Positions 11,200 through 20,470 of a DNA stretch of 57,348 nucleotides are shown here, piece by piece. Both the position numbers and the translations under genes were made by a program. Where the stretch lies: positions 1 through 57,348 of the forward strand of contig JAYODI010000029.1 of assembly GCA_038279365.1 (NCBI GenBank), in the 5' to 3' direction. Position 1 is the stretch's first letter; the number at the start of each line of letters is the position of its first letter. The DNA comes from Candidatus Latescibacterota bacterium. Lineage in GTDB: Bacteria > Latescibacterota > UBA2968. The notes beneath the pieces are model-generated. The model saw only the letters and a list, made by a program, of their open reading frames with translations. It was not told the DNA's origin and searched no databases.

Positions 11200-13506
11200 C
11201 TATTTTTTATTGACCATATATGCCACCCAAATGCTCACTTCATAAAGCACCACAAGGGGCAATGCCATGAGCACTTGCGAAATGGGATCGGGGGGCGTCA
11301 ATATTGCCGCCAAAATAAACCCAATAAGAATGGCGTATCGACGACCTTTGCGCAATCGATCTGCAGTGGCAATACCCAGTTTGGCCAAAAAGAATGTCAA
11401 AACAGGTAGTTCAAAAACCAACCCAAATGCCAGCAACAATCGAATCACAAAACTGATATACAAACCAATATCAAACTGAGCCGTCACCCCAGTATCGGCC
11501 GTCATCCCCACAAAGAAAACCATTGCCATTGGAATCACAAACCAATAGGCCAAAAGCGCACCCAAACCAAAACACAAGGTTGAGGAACCAATTACAAATG
11601 TTGCAAAATGTCGCTCGCGTGCAAACAATCCAGGCGCAATAAACAACCAAAGTTGGTAAATCAAAATGGGCAATGCCAAGATGCCTCCTCCCACCAGAGC
11701 AATTTCCAATTTGACCATAAACATGCCCATAGGCTTCAATGTCTGCAAAACGGGAGGAAATTCCATAACCCGGATTGGGCGGATCAATACCCGCAAAATA
11801 TCATCGACAAAAATACCACAAAATATGGCCCCAACAATAATGGCGGCCAAACCCTTCAAAATATGCCAACGCAATTCCTCTAAGTGGTCCAAAAAAGGCA
11901 TGGGCTTGCCGTTGTCTACCAAACCATCTTCAGAGGTCGTTCCAATTGATGCCACCGTTCCCTCAGGTACTCGGCGCGTCATGGCTTCTGTTGTATCGGG
12001 TGTTTCTTCTGGGCGTCGAATGGCGGCCACCACAACGCCCATCAACATCATCACCAAACACAACTGAGAAAACAAATCGCCAAATTGTACATAAATTGAT
12101 TGATCTGTTCGACGAACCACATTTTCATGCAAAACGGCTTCATGAAAAATACCCGTCTCTTGCAACCGACGCCCATAAGGGTCGATAAACATAGACACAC
12201 CCGTATTGGCACATCGAACAACCGATCTTCGATTTTCTATTGCGCGAAACACCGACATTTCAGCATGCTGATAAGGCCCCGATGTATCACCAAACCACCC
12301 ATCATTTGTAATCACCACCAAAAATTCTGCACCTGCAGCCGTCAAATCTCTTGCCAACCAAGGAAACACCGAATCAAAACAAATCAACCCCGAAAATTTA
12401 CCCCCAGGCATTTCAAAAACCGTACGTGCTGTGCCCGATTCAAAATCGCCACTGACATATCCTGCACCACTCCATTGAATGTCCCTCAAAATCGAAAGCA
12501 ATTTCGGGAACGGTGCCCGCTCACCAAATGGCACCACTTTCACTTTGTCATAATAAGGGAGGTCACCGCCACCGGGTGCAAAGAAAAAAGACGAATTATA
12601 GCGCCGATCTCTCACAGGATCTTCTTCGTATCGGTTGGCCCCCATATAAAGATAAATGCCCAAAGAATCGACCAATGTTTGCGTCCAGGCTTGATACGTA
12701 CGATGCACTGGGCTTTTAAAATAGGCAGGCAAGGCCGCTTCAGACCACACCACCAACTCGGCTCCCGTTTCTTTGGCCTGAATGGTCAACGGTTTGAGAC
12801 GATCAAAATTGTAGTCGAAACCCCAATGTGACTTTTCAACTGGTGGAATATTTTGTTGTACCAAAGCCACAGACACATCGCCTTGCGGCACCGGCTCTGA
12901 CAACCGCCATACCCCAAAGGCCAAAGGAAGTGCAAAACACAGGGCAAGCACCCCGACCCATTTGCCACGTTGTTCACTTTGGCTCAGGCTCAAAACCACC
13001 AAATTAATCAGCACCACCCAAAACGAAACCCCATAAACCCCTGTTGCTTCGGCAAATTGAATCAAGGGCAAATAATCGGCTTGTGTATGCCCCAACAACA
13101 CCCAAGAAAAACCCATATCACTGAGCGTATTAAAATATTCAAATCCAACCCATATAAAAGGGGTTAGCCACACCCCCAAATGAGAGGTGCGTTTTAGAAT
13201 AAAAGCCCACACCCACACAAACAAACCACGAAACAACGCCATATAAAAAATGGCACCCGCCATACCAGGTGGCGTAATCCAGGCAATCCAATAAAGGGTT
13301 GCGCCATAAAACACCACCCCTTGTACAAAACCTGCACCAAAAGCACCCCGACCACTCAAGTTTTTTGCAGAAACCACCAAAGGCAACAAACTAAAATAGA
13401 CCAAAAACCCCAATGGCAACGGCGGAAAAGCCGCAGCCATAATCACCCCAGATAAGGCCGGATAAACAAGCGTCAATGTCCACCAAGAATAACGGTCTTG
13501 CCCCAT
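11200..13506 (-). CDS. lnt-tatC: Fused apolipoprotein N-acyltransferase (Lnt) and twin-arginine translocase subunit TatC
   Basis: N-part: VQQNIP, VWSEAA, YDKVKVVPFGE, LICFD, ITNDGWFG..SGPYQH, RAIENRR, RCANTGVS. C-part: MPFLDHLEELR, YQLWLFIAPGL, FGLVFELP, AAILTPPDPISQ, PLVVLYE. One frame with no stop; ATG 13506 follows GGAG (ORF track 13548). Confidence 0.93.
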   Translation of the reverse strand: MGQDRYSWWTLTLVYPALSGVIMAAAFPPLPLGFLVYFSLLPLVVSAKNLSGRGAFGAGFVQGVVFYGATLYWIAWITPPGMAGAIFYMALFRGLFVWVWAFILKRTSHLGVWLTPFIWVGFEYFNTLSDMGFSWVLLGHTQADYLPLIQFAEATGVYGVSFWVVLINLVVLSLSQSEQRGKWVGVLALCFALPLAFGVWRLSEPVPQGDVSVALVQQNIPPVEKSHWGFDYNFDRLKPLTIQAKETGAELVVWSEAALPAYFKSPVHRTYQAWTQTLVDSLGIYLYMGANRYEEDPVRDRRYNSSFFFAPGGGDLPYYDKVKVVPFGERAPFPKLLSILRDIQWSGAGYVSGDFESGTARTVFEMPGGKFSGLICFDSVFPWLARDLTAAGAEFLVVITNDGWFGDTSGPYQHAEMSVFRAIENRRSVVRCANTGVSMFIDPYGRRLQETGIFHEAVLHENVVRRTDQSIYVQFGDLFSQLCLVMMLMGVVVAAIRRPEETPDTTEAMTRRVPEGTVASIGTTSEDGLVDNGKPMPFLDHLEELRWHILKGLAAIIVGAIFCGIFVDDILRVLIRPIRVMEFPPVLQTLKPMGMFMVKLEIALVGGGILALPILIYQLWLFIAPGLFARERHFATFVIGSSTLCFGLGALLAYWFVIPMAMVFFVGMTADTGVTAQFDIGLYISFVIRLLLAFGLVFELPVLTFFLAKLGIATADRLRKGRRYAILIGFILAAILTPPDPISQVLMALPLVVLYEVSIWVAYMVNKK

Positions 13507-13507
13507 C

Positions 13508-15172
13508 CTATCTCCCATCACTGGCCACAGGCCACACCAGCGGCCCACTTTTAAATGGCCGAATCAGTTGATTTTCTACACCATAAAAAAACTCATGGCC
13601 ATGTGCGCGCGGTGCATACCAAACACGCTCTACAATTTCGCGATTGCCACGCATTTCATCCAAGGTAGCCAAACGCGTATTGTCTAATGTATGAAACCAC
13701 ACCCCCAGCATTCCATCGATCACCACCGCACCAATAGGCGTTTCAACCAACGTACACAAATGCCCACGTAACCCCATAGACAAAGCACGCAATGGAACCC
13801 CCAATCGAGCACCTATTTTTTCTGCTAATAGTGCCGTCAAACGCGACGTATCGCCACAAAAGCACCCCGCCAAACGAGGAATCGTTTCTATAGATGCGCC
13901 ATTGGACACACGCGACCATGTAGATGAATGGCGCGTGACACACGGATGATGCACCCACATAGCCACCGCACACAGGGCATCTTGCCAATTGGGAAATCGG
14001 CTCGAAATCACTGCCGAAACTTGATCCAAAGCATTGGTTGCAGACAAATCAACGCTGGCATCACCGTCTTTGTCTACCAAATAAAAGTCTGAGGGTGCAC
14101 CCTCTTGTGTGGTTTCCATCGCATAATTGGGCAAATGACTCAAAATATAAGACCGAAACGCATCCAAAAAATCGGCATGATTCGAATCGGGGCGTGTCAC
14201 CCGAGCTCCCCCAAATTGTTCGCGCACCAAAATGCCCGTATCAAAACCAAAAGGAAAAGCCCCTGCCCAAATATGAACACCCGTATCGTCTAGCACATCA
14301 ATATGCAATCGAGCAACATTTGCCAATCCATTGGCCCACTTGGCCCGAAAAGGAAAGATCAGGGGAACCTCAATATCTCCCGAGCCCCCATCGCATCGCC
14401 AATCAAATGGCCCTTGTTCATACACACCATCTGTTGGCAAATCTATGCGTACCATCACCTGCCCAGTGTGTATGCCACTTTGGGAAAACCGACATTTCAA
14501 AAAAATAGGACTTGGGTCGCCCCCCCAAATGGGTTTGCCCAAATCCATCGCATCTACACACATTGTCGGATCGGTTTGATACAAATCGCCAAAAACCAAA
14601 GGCGTATCTCGCGTCCAAGTCACACGATTGGGCCACGCCAATGAATCGGGCATGGGCGTTTCGTGAAACCCAACACGCAGCGACAAACCCGCCAATCCAC
14701 ACGTATGCCACAATCCTTGATCTGGCAATGACACACGCGCAAAAAAACGCGCATCATCCAAATATGCAAACTCACCTTGGGCATCAGCTGGTGCATTTAA
14801 CACTTGCACAGCGTCATCACCCAATTCTTCTCCTGGACAAGCAAAATGCGCTTCTCGAACCACCTCACCCCGATCATCAACTGCGTATAACCAGCGTGTG
14901 GCATGATCATGCTCTGGGTTAAGCAACACAGCCAAATGCGCACGATTATACCACTCTTCGTGATCGGGGCGCGCACCAAAAGGGTTCAAACCTTCGGCCA
15001 GTACAGAAATAATGAGTTGACCTTCGCACAAAGAAATACCCACATGTGCCTTGCGCCCATCGGTATCGGGCCCTAACATGAGGGTATATTCACCACCTAA
15101 TAAGTGCGAAACATCAAATGCCTGCCCATTGGCTACGACTTGAGGCGTATGTAAAACTTGTGCCCAACGCAT
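13508..15172 (-). CDS. Hypothetical protein, possible C-terminal transglutaminase-like domain
   Basis: Long ORF co-oriented with lnt-tatC; GCFCGD...RGHLCTLV...VIDG spacing. Start uncertain (ATG 15172 or GTG 15205). Confidence 0.7.
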   Translation of the reverse strand: MRWAQVLHTPQVVANGQAFDVSHLLGGEYTLMLGPDTDGRKAHVGISLCEGQLIISVLAEGLNPFGARPDHEEWYNRAHLAVLLNPEHDHATRWLYAVDDRGEVVREAHFACPGEELGDDAVQVLNAPADAQGEFAYLDDARFFARVSLPDQGLWHTCGLAGLSLRVGFHETPMPDSLAWPNRVTWTRDTPLVFGDLYQTDPTMCVDAMDLGKPIWGGDPSPIFLKCRFSQSGIHTGQVMVRIDLPTDGVYEQGPFDWRCDGGSGDIEVPLIFPFRAKWANGLANVARLHIDVLDDTGVHIWAGAFPFGFDTGILVREQFGGARVTRPDSNHADFLDAFRSYILSHLPNYAMETTQEGAPSDFYLVDKDGDASVDLSATNALDQVSAVISSRFPNWQDALCAVAMWVHHPCVTRHSSTWSRVSNGASIETIPRLAGCFCGDTSRLTALLAEKIGARLGVPLRALSMGLRGHLCTLVETPIGAVVIDGMLGVWFHTLDNTRLATLDEMRGNREIVERVWYAPRAHGHEFFYGVENQLIRPFKSGPLVWPVASDGR

Positions 15173-15219
15173 ATCATCATCCAAAAAATTGAAGTTGCCA
15201 AACACGGCCAGAGTGGTAG

Positions 15220-15248
15220 AATATAAGGGTGTGTTTCATCCTTGTCAA
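15220..15248 (-). promoter_or_regulatory. sigma70 promoter for the hypothetical-lnt::tatC-memo-yycJ-yrbG-rfbB run
   Basis: TTGACA (15248-15243)-N17-TATATT (15225-15220). Confidence 0.8.
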
Positions 15249-15305
15249 TCACACACAGAAACCTTCGTACTAACACATCAAACACATAAATAATAGACAC
15301 TTAAA

Positions 15306-16472
15306 ATGATTCCAAACATTAAATCAGAACTTCAGACATTACGAGATCAAAATCGCTTTAGGAGCATTCGACAAGTCGCGTCTGCTCAAGAACCACGAAT
15401 CCGTATCGATGGGCGTGACCTGATTCTCTTTTGTTCCAACAATTACTTGGGTTTGGCCAATCATCCCGCACTCAACACCGCAGCCATCCGTGCCATTCAA
15501 CAATATGGCAGCAGCAGTGTGGCCTCGGCCCTCATCTCGGGTTATATGACCCCACATGCCCAGTTAGAAACCGGCATGGCTCAGTTTTTGGATACGCAGG
15601 CAGCCATCGCTTTCCCAACAGGCTACATGGCCAATTTGGGTGTCATTACGGCACTCATGGGCCAAGCGGATATCATTTTTAGCGATCAGTTGAACCACCG
15701 CAGCATCATTGACGGCTGTCGATTATCACGCGCTCAAATTGCCATTTATAACCACTGCGACAGCCATCACCTTGAAACATTGCTCAAAAAAGCAACACAC
15801 CATCGCCGTCGTCTCATCATCACCGATGGTGTCTTCTCTATGGACGGTGATCTTGCACCATTGCCCGAGCTAGTTGCTCTTGCCAACCAATACCACGCCA
15901 CACTCATGGTCGATGACGCCCACGGAACCGGCATCTTAGGAGCAAATGGCCGTGGTACATTTGAGCACTTTCATTTGTCACCCAATGCCATTGACATCCA
16001 CATGACTTCAGGAAGCAAAGCGCTGGGTGCATCGGGTGGTTTTATTGCAAGCAGCAATGACCTCATCGACCTCATTAGAAATCGCGCAGCGCCTTATATA
16101 TATACCACCGCCATGCCCCCTCAAGATTGTGCGTCAACCACAGCCGCATTGGACCTCATCACCCACGCCCCAAATCTACGCCAACAACTTTGGAAAAACA
16201 TCAAAACCATTCACCAAGGCCTCCAAGCACTTGGTTTTGATTTGGGCAAATCACAAACACAAATCATCCCCATTATTATTGGTGAAGATAAAAAAACCGT
16301 TGCAATCTCTCACGAACTTTACGAACGTGGTGTTTATCTCTATGGCATTCGCCCTCCCACCGTGCCAGAAGGACAAAGCCGTTTGCGCTTGTCTGTTATG
16401 GCCACACATACCCAAGAAAACATCGCCAACCTCCTTGAGGCAATGGCAGATATAAGAAAAACTTTTTTTTAG
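15306..16472 (+). CDS. bioF: 8-amino-7-oxononanoate synthase
   Basis: FCSNNYLGLANHP, GYMANLG, SDQLNHRSIIDG, DGVFSMDGDLAPL, DDAHG, SKALG, IRPPTVPEGQSRLR. Could instead be a related class II PLP acyltransferase. Confidence 0.85.
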   Translation: MIPNIKSELQTLRDQNRFRSIRQVASAQEPRIRIDGRDLILFCSNNYLGLANHPALNTAAIRAIQQYGSSSVASALISGYMTPHAQLETGMAQFLDTQAAIAFPTGYMANLGVITALMGQADIIFSDQLNHRSIIDGCRLSRAQIAIYNHCDSHHLETLLKKATHHRRRLIITDGVFSMDGDLAPLPELVALANQYHATLMVDDAHGTGILGANGRGTFEHFHLSPNAIDIHMTSGSKALGASGGFIASSNDLIDLIRNRAAPYIYTTAMPPQDCASTTAALDLITHAPNLRQQLWKNIKTIHQGLQALGFDLGKSQTQIIPIIIGEDKKTVAISHELYERGVYLYGIRPPTVPEGQSRLRLSVMATHTQENIANLLEAMADIRKTFF

Positions 16473-16482
16473 GAAAACATAT

Positions 16483-17700
16483 ATGAAAACTGAACGCCTC
16501 ACATTTCCCAATGCAACAGGCCATCAGTTGGCCGCGCGTTTAGAACGCCCCGATGAGGGCAAACCCAGAGCTTATGCCTTATTTGCGCACTGCTTTACAG
16601 GTACCAAAAACCTGCGAGCCGTAAGCAACATTGCCCAATCACTCACAGAAGAAGGCATTGCTGTTTTTCGGTTTGATTTTACGGGGTTGGGAGAAAGTGA
16701 AGGCGACTTTTCAGACACCAACTTTTCATCCAATGTGGCCGACCTTGTTGCCGCAGCACAATTCCTCGAAAAAAAATATGAGGCCCCAAAAATTCTTGTG
16801 GGGCACTCTTTAGGGGGAGCCGCAGTTCTCCAAGCCGCACACCAAATACCATCGGCCATCGCTGTATCTACCATAGGTGCCCCCTTTGAACCCTCTCATG
16901 TTTTACACCTCATCTCTGACAAGCAAGATGAAATTGAAAACACAGGTGAAGCCCTTGTTAAAATTGGAGGGCGCTCCTTTAAAATCAAAAAACAATTTCT
17001 CGACGACTTAGAAGACGCCACCATGGAAGAAACGGTCCTCACACTCAAACGCGCCTTGCTCATCTTCCACTCACCCGTAGACAATGTGGTGGGCATCGAA
17101 AATGCACGTAAAATGTTTTTTGCCGCACGCCATCCCAAAAGCTTTATCACCCTCGATCAAGCAGACCACATGCTCACCGACCCCAGTGACTCCCAATATG
17201 TGGGTACTGTGATTGCCGCTTGGGCACATAAATATGTTGTGGCCACTGCAAAAACCGACGAACCCACTCCGCCCAAACCGGTTCTTGTACAGGCAGACAA
17301 ATCGCGCTATCGCACCAACATCACCATCAATGGTCACAAAATTGTAGCCGATGAACCGCAAGAAATGGGCGGCACAGATCTGGGTCCTACCCCCTATGAC
17401 TTGCTCTTATCATCCCTCGGTGCGTGTACGGCCATTACCTTACGCATGTATGCCGACCGCAAAAACTGGCCTCTTGAAAACATAGACATCGCCCTTACAC
17501 ACAACAAAATACATGCAAAAGATTGTGAAAACTGCGAAACAAAAACCGGCCAAGTTGATCACATCACACGTGAAATCAACCTGACCGGTTCATTAGATAA
17601 AGAGCAACAGGCGCGTTTATTGGAAATTGCAGATCGTTGCCCCGTGCATCGCACCTTGCAAAATGAAATTGTGGTAAAAACAGAGTTGAAAAAATCCTGA
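16483..17700 (+). CDS. Bifunctional alpha/beta hydrolase / OsmC family protein
   Basis: AHCFTG, FDFTGLGESEG, GHSLGG; C-domain ADEP..GG.DLGPTPYDLL...LGACT...RCPVHRTL. Confidence 0.92.
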   Translation: MKTERLTFPNATGHQLAARLERPDEGKPRAYALFAHCFTGTKNLRAVSNIAQSLTEEGIAVFRFDFTGLGESEGDFSDTNFSSNVADLVAAAQFLEKKYEAPKILVGHSLGGAAVLQAAHQIPSAIAVSTIGAPFEPSHVLHLISDKQDEIENTGEALVKIGGRSFKIKKQFLDDLEDATMEETVLTLKRALLIFHSPVDNVVGIENARKMFFAARHPKSFITLDQADHMLTDPSDSQYVGTVIAAWAHKYVVATAKTDEPTPPKPVLVQADKSRYRTNITINGHKIVADEPQEMGGTDLGPTPYDLLLSSLGACTAITLRMYADRKNWPLENIDIALTHNKIHAKDCENCETKTGQVDHITREINLTGSLDKEQQARLLEIADRCPVHRTLQNEIVVKTELKKS

Positions 17701-17780
17701 ATAGACGAAACTGCGAATCAACGAATAGGTTTTGATTCGTCTATTCGCAGTTTCTCAGTTTCGTTCATTTGCCATTTCGC

Positions 17781-18479
17781 CTATTTAATCCGATACCGCA
17801 CCCGTATATTGGCCACCACACTTAACTCACCGCCCGAAATGGGTGTATCGGCAGACATCATCGCTTCGGCGCGCACGGCTTTATACACCGGTGCTGGCGC
17901 CCGCCCCGTGGTGCTCACCCAAAGCAGGTCACCCAACCCAACCCCTGCCCCCTCCGCAATTGCCTGAGCCTGTTTTTTGGCATTTTTCATTGCCTTCACC
18001 AATGCCATTTGATAAGCACCCTCCGAATCGCGCACCTGGAAAGTGAGCCCCATCACCCGATTTGCCCCAGCATCAATGGCCCCATCTATCACCTGCCCAA
18101 CCTTTTTAATATCCAAAATATCGACCTCTACCGTATTGTGAACCCGATATCCGATGGGTCTGGGATCTTTTTGGCGCCCATCTTTATAATCATATTGTGG
18201 ATCTACTTGAAAATGTGTGGTCCGAATCTGAGCAGGGTCAATCCCGAGTGCTTTCAACTGCTTGCCCATCTGGCTCATTTTTCCTGCATTTTCTTGTGTG
18301 GCATCGATAGCTGTCTTCGCAAATGTCTCAACAGACAATTGTACAACGGCCTGATCGGGTTCTTTAGACACCGAAGCCAATGCACTGACTTCTATGGTTG
18401 GCACCATCTCGTCGTCATCTGCGACCACCGTTTGTACCCAAACCATCATTCCCAGTATCACCATCACCAAATATTTCAT
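17781..18479 (-). CDS. SIMPL (DUF541) domain periplasmic protein
   Basis: Signal peptide; PDQAVV, IRT..F.VDPQYDY, IGYRV.N, DGAIDAGAN. ATG 18479 follows AAGGAG. Confidence 0.9.
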   Translation of the reverse strand: MKYLVMVILGMMVWVQTVVADDDEMVPTIEVSALASVSKEPDQAVVQLSVETFAKTAIDATQENAGKMSQMGKQLKALGIDPAQIRTTHFQVDPQYDYKDGRQKDPRPIGYRVHNTVEVDILDIKKVGQVIDGAIDAGANRVMGLTFQVRDSEGAYQMALVKAMKNAKKQAQAIAEGAGVGLGDLLWVSTTGRAPAPVYKAVRAEAMMSADTPISGGELSVVANIRVRYRIK

Positions 18480-18491
18480 ATTCAACTCCTT

Positions 18492-20369
18492 TTAGACTGG
18501 TGCTTGCATGTCTTCGTTTTTTTCATTGTCTGTAAGCTGTGTTTCAAACAAATTGTAATACATACCGCGCTGAACAATCAAACGCGCGTGCGTTCCCCAT
18601 TCAACCAAATGCCCCTTATCCAAAACCAAGACCAAATCGGCCTTGCGCGCCATGGCCAACTTATGTGTAATCACAAAAGATGTGCGCGTTTCCATAATGC
18701 GATCTAAAGTGCGATAAATACGCGCTTCTGTTTTGGCATCTAAGGCCGACGTACTGTCATCCAATATAAGAACGCTTGGGTTGGTCAAAAGTGTCATCGC
18801 CAATGCCATACGCTGTTTTTGCCCCCCCGACAGTGACACACCACCTTCTCCAATACGCGTTTCATATTTGGCGGGCAACGTCATCACAAAATCATGCAAT
18901 TCTGCAGCTTTGGATGCTTCAACCACTTCATTGGGCGATGCTTGAGGGTTGCCATAACGTATGTTCTCAGCCAATGTTCCCGAAAACAACATAGGCTCTT
19001 GGGGCACCATTCGAATATGCCGCCTTAACGAAGACAATGCCAAATTCTGAATATCTTCTCCATCGACTGTAATCCGCCCCTCTGTAGGGGTGTATAATCG
19101 CAACAGCAGATTGACCAAACTCGTTTTACCTGCTCCCGATGCACCCACCACACACACCATTTGACCAGGCAACACACCAAAATTGACCCGATGCAACGCC
19201 TCGCGTTCTTTGTCGGGATCGTATTTCAAGGACACATTGTGAAATGTCACTTCACCGTGCAATTCATTAAATGTTAAGGCTCCGGGTGTATCCTCTATGG
19301 TAATATCTTCATCCAGAATTTCAAAAATTCTGTGCAATGCCGTCATCACCCACTGCACCATGATATTCATATTGGACAAAGACACCACAGGCCCAAACAA
19401 AAAACCAATAGACCCATGAAAATAGAGAAATTCACCCAAAGTCATTTGGCCATCACGAATGGCCAAAATGCCCAAATAAACCACTGCAGTTGTGCCGACC
19501 CCACTGATGAGACCACACAAAACACTCAAAGATGTATTGAGAACCGAGTTGCGCACCTGCAATCTAAAATAATCTGCAATTCCTGCAAAAAAACGGCGCA
19601 ATTCGCGCAACTCTCGGGCAAATGCCTTCATGACCCGAACACCGTTGACCCCATCGCCAATGGTGCCATAAACAGAGGCATTGGCCTCACGAATCATGCG
19701 ATTGGTTAATCGAATACGCCGAACAAAAAATTGATACACCAACACATACCCCGGCAAGGTCACCATCGCAATAAGGGCCAACTTGGCATTGATCGAAAAC
19801 AAAATAACCGTCCCAATCAACAAAGTGGCCACATCGGTCACCACACGTATAAAAACCGAAGAAATACTCGACTCCACCGCATTGACATCATCCATCACAC
19901 GGGCCATAATCTTGCCCGTTTGATACCGGTCAAAATAAGACACTTGCAATTGCTGTAACTTATGATACAAATCTTGCCGAATGCGAAACACCACTTCTTG
20001 CCCAATGCGCGCAATGCCATATGTATACCCCCATTGCACGCCCGCAAGCAAAATGCGCAAACAAATGTAGGCCATAGAAACCCAAAACAACAATCGCAAG
20101 GACCGACTTTTATCGGAAACCGAAATCGGTGCTTCGCGATTGGTCGTTGCCGTCTCACTCTTGGCTTCTTTGGGGCGTTGTTCTTTGATAAGAGAGGTGC
20201 TTACCTTTTCAACCTGCCCCACATGCAAAACATCGTCAACCATGACTTTGCTCAAATAGCTAAAAGTAAAAGATGACAACGATGCCACCAGAGCAGCAAT
20301 GAGCACCAACACCAATTTGCTACGATGAGGTTTAAAGTAACTTCTTGCCAAACGTAAAAACTGTTCCAT
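18492..20369 (-). CDS. ABC exporter half-transporter (TMD+NBD), degenerate Walker B
   Basis: GASGAGKT, LSGGQKQ, LILDDSTSALD (Asp in place of the catalytic Glu); N-terminal TM helices. Confidence 0.95.
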   Translation of the reverse strand: MEQFLRLARSYFKPHRSKLVLVLIAALVASLSSFTFSYLSKVMVDDVLHVGQVEKVSTSLIKEQRPKEAKSETATTNREAPISVSDKSRSLRLLFWVSMAYICLRILLAGVQWGYTYGIARIGQEVVFRIRQDLYHKLQQLQVSYFDRYQTGKIMARVMDDVNAVESSISSVFIRVVTDVATLLIGTVILFSINAKLALIAMVTLPGYVLVYQFFVRRIRLTNRMIREANASVYGTIGDGVNGVRVMKAFARELRELRRFFAGIADYFRLQVRNSVLNTSLSVLCGLISGVGTTAVVYLGILAIRDGQMTLGEFLYFHGSIGFLFGPVVSLSNMNIMVQWVMTALHRIFEILDEDITIEDTPGALTFNELHGEVTFHNVSLKYDPDKEREALHRVNFGVLPGQMVCVVGASGAGKTSLVNLLLRLYTPTEGRITVDGEDIQNLALSSLRRHIRMVPQEPMLFSGTLAENIRYGNPQASPNEVVEASKAAELHDFVMTLPAKYETRIGEGGVSLSGGQKQRMALAMTLLTNPSVLILDDSTSALDAKTEARIYRTLDRIMETRTSFVITHKLAMARKADLVLVLDKGHLVEWGTHARLIVQRGMYYNLFETQLTDNEKNEDMQAPV

Positions 20370-20470
20370 AACATCCTCAAGAATGTCGCAAGTCGCAGGT
20401 CGGCAAGTCGCAAGTCCGCATCAAAAGCATTGACAGACCTGTGACCTGCTGACTTGTGGCCTGTGACCGA

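Noticed and set aside
15240-15305. BirA operator upstream of bioF
   Set aside because: No TGTAAAC-N14-16-GTTTACA palindrome; the TGTCAA is the -35 box of the divergent promoter.
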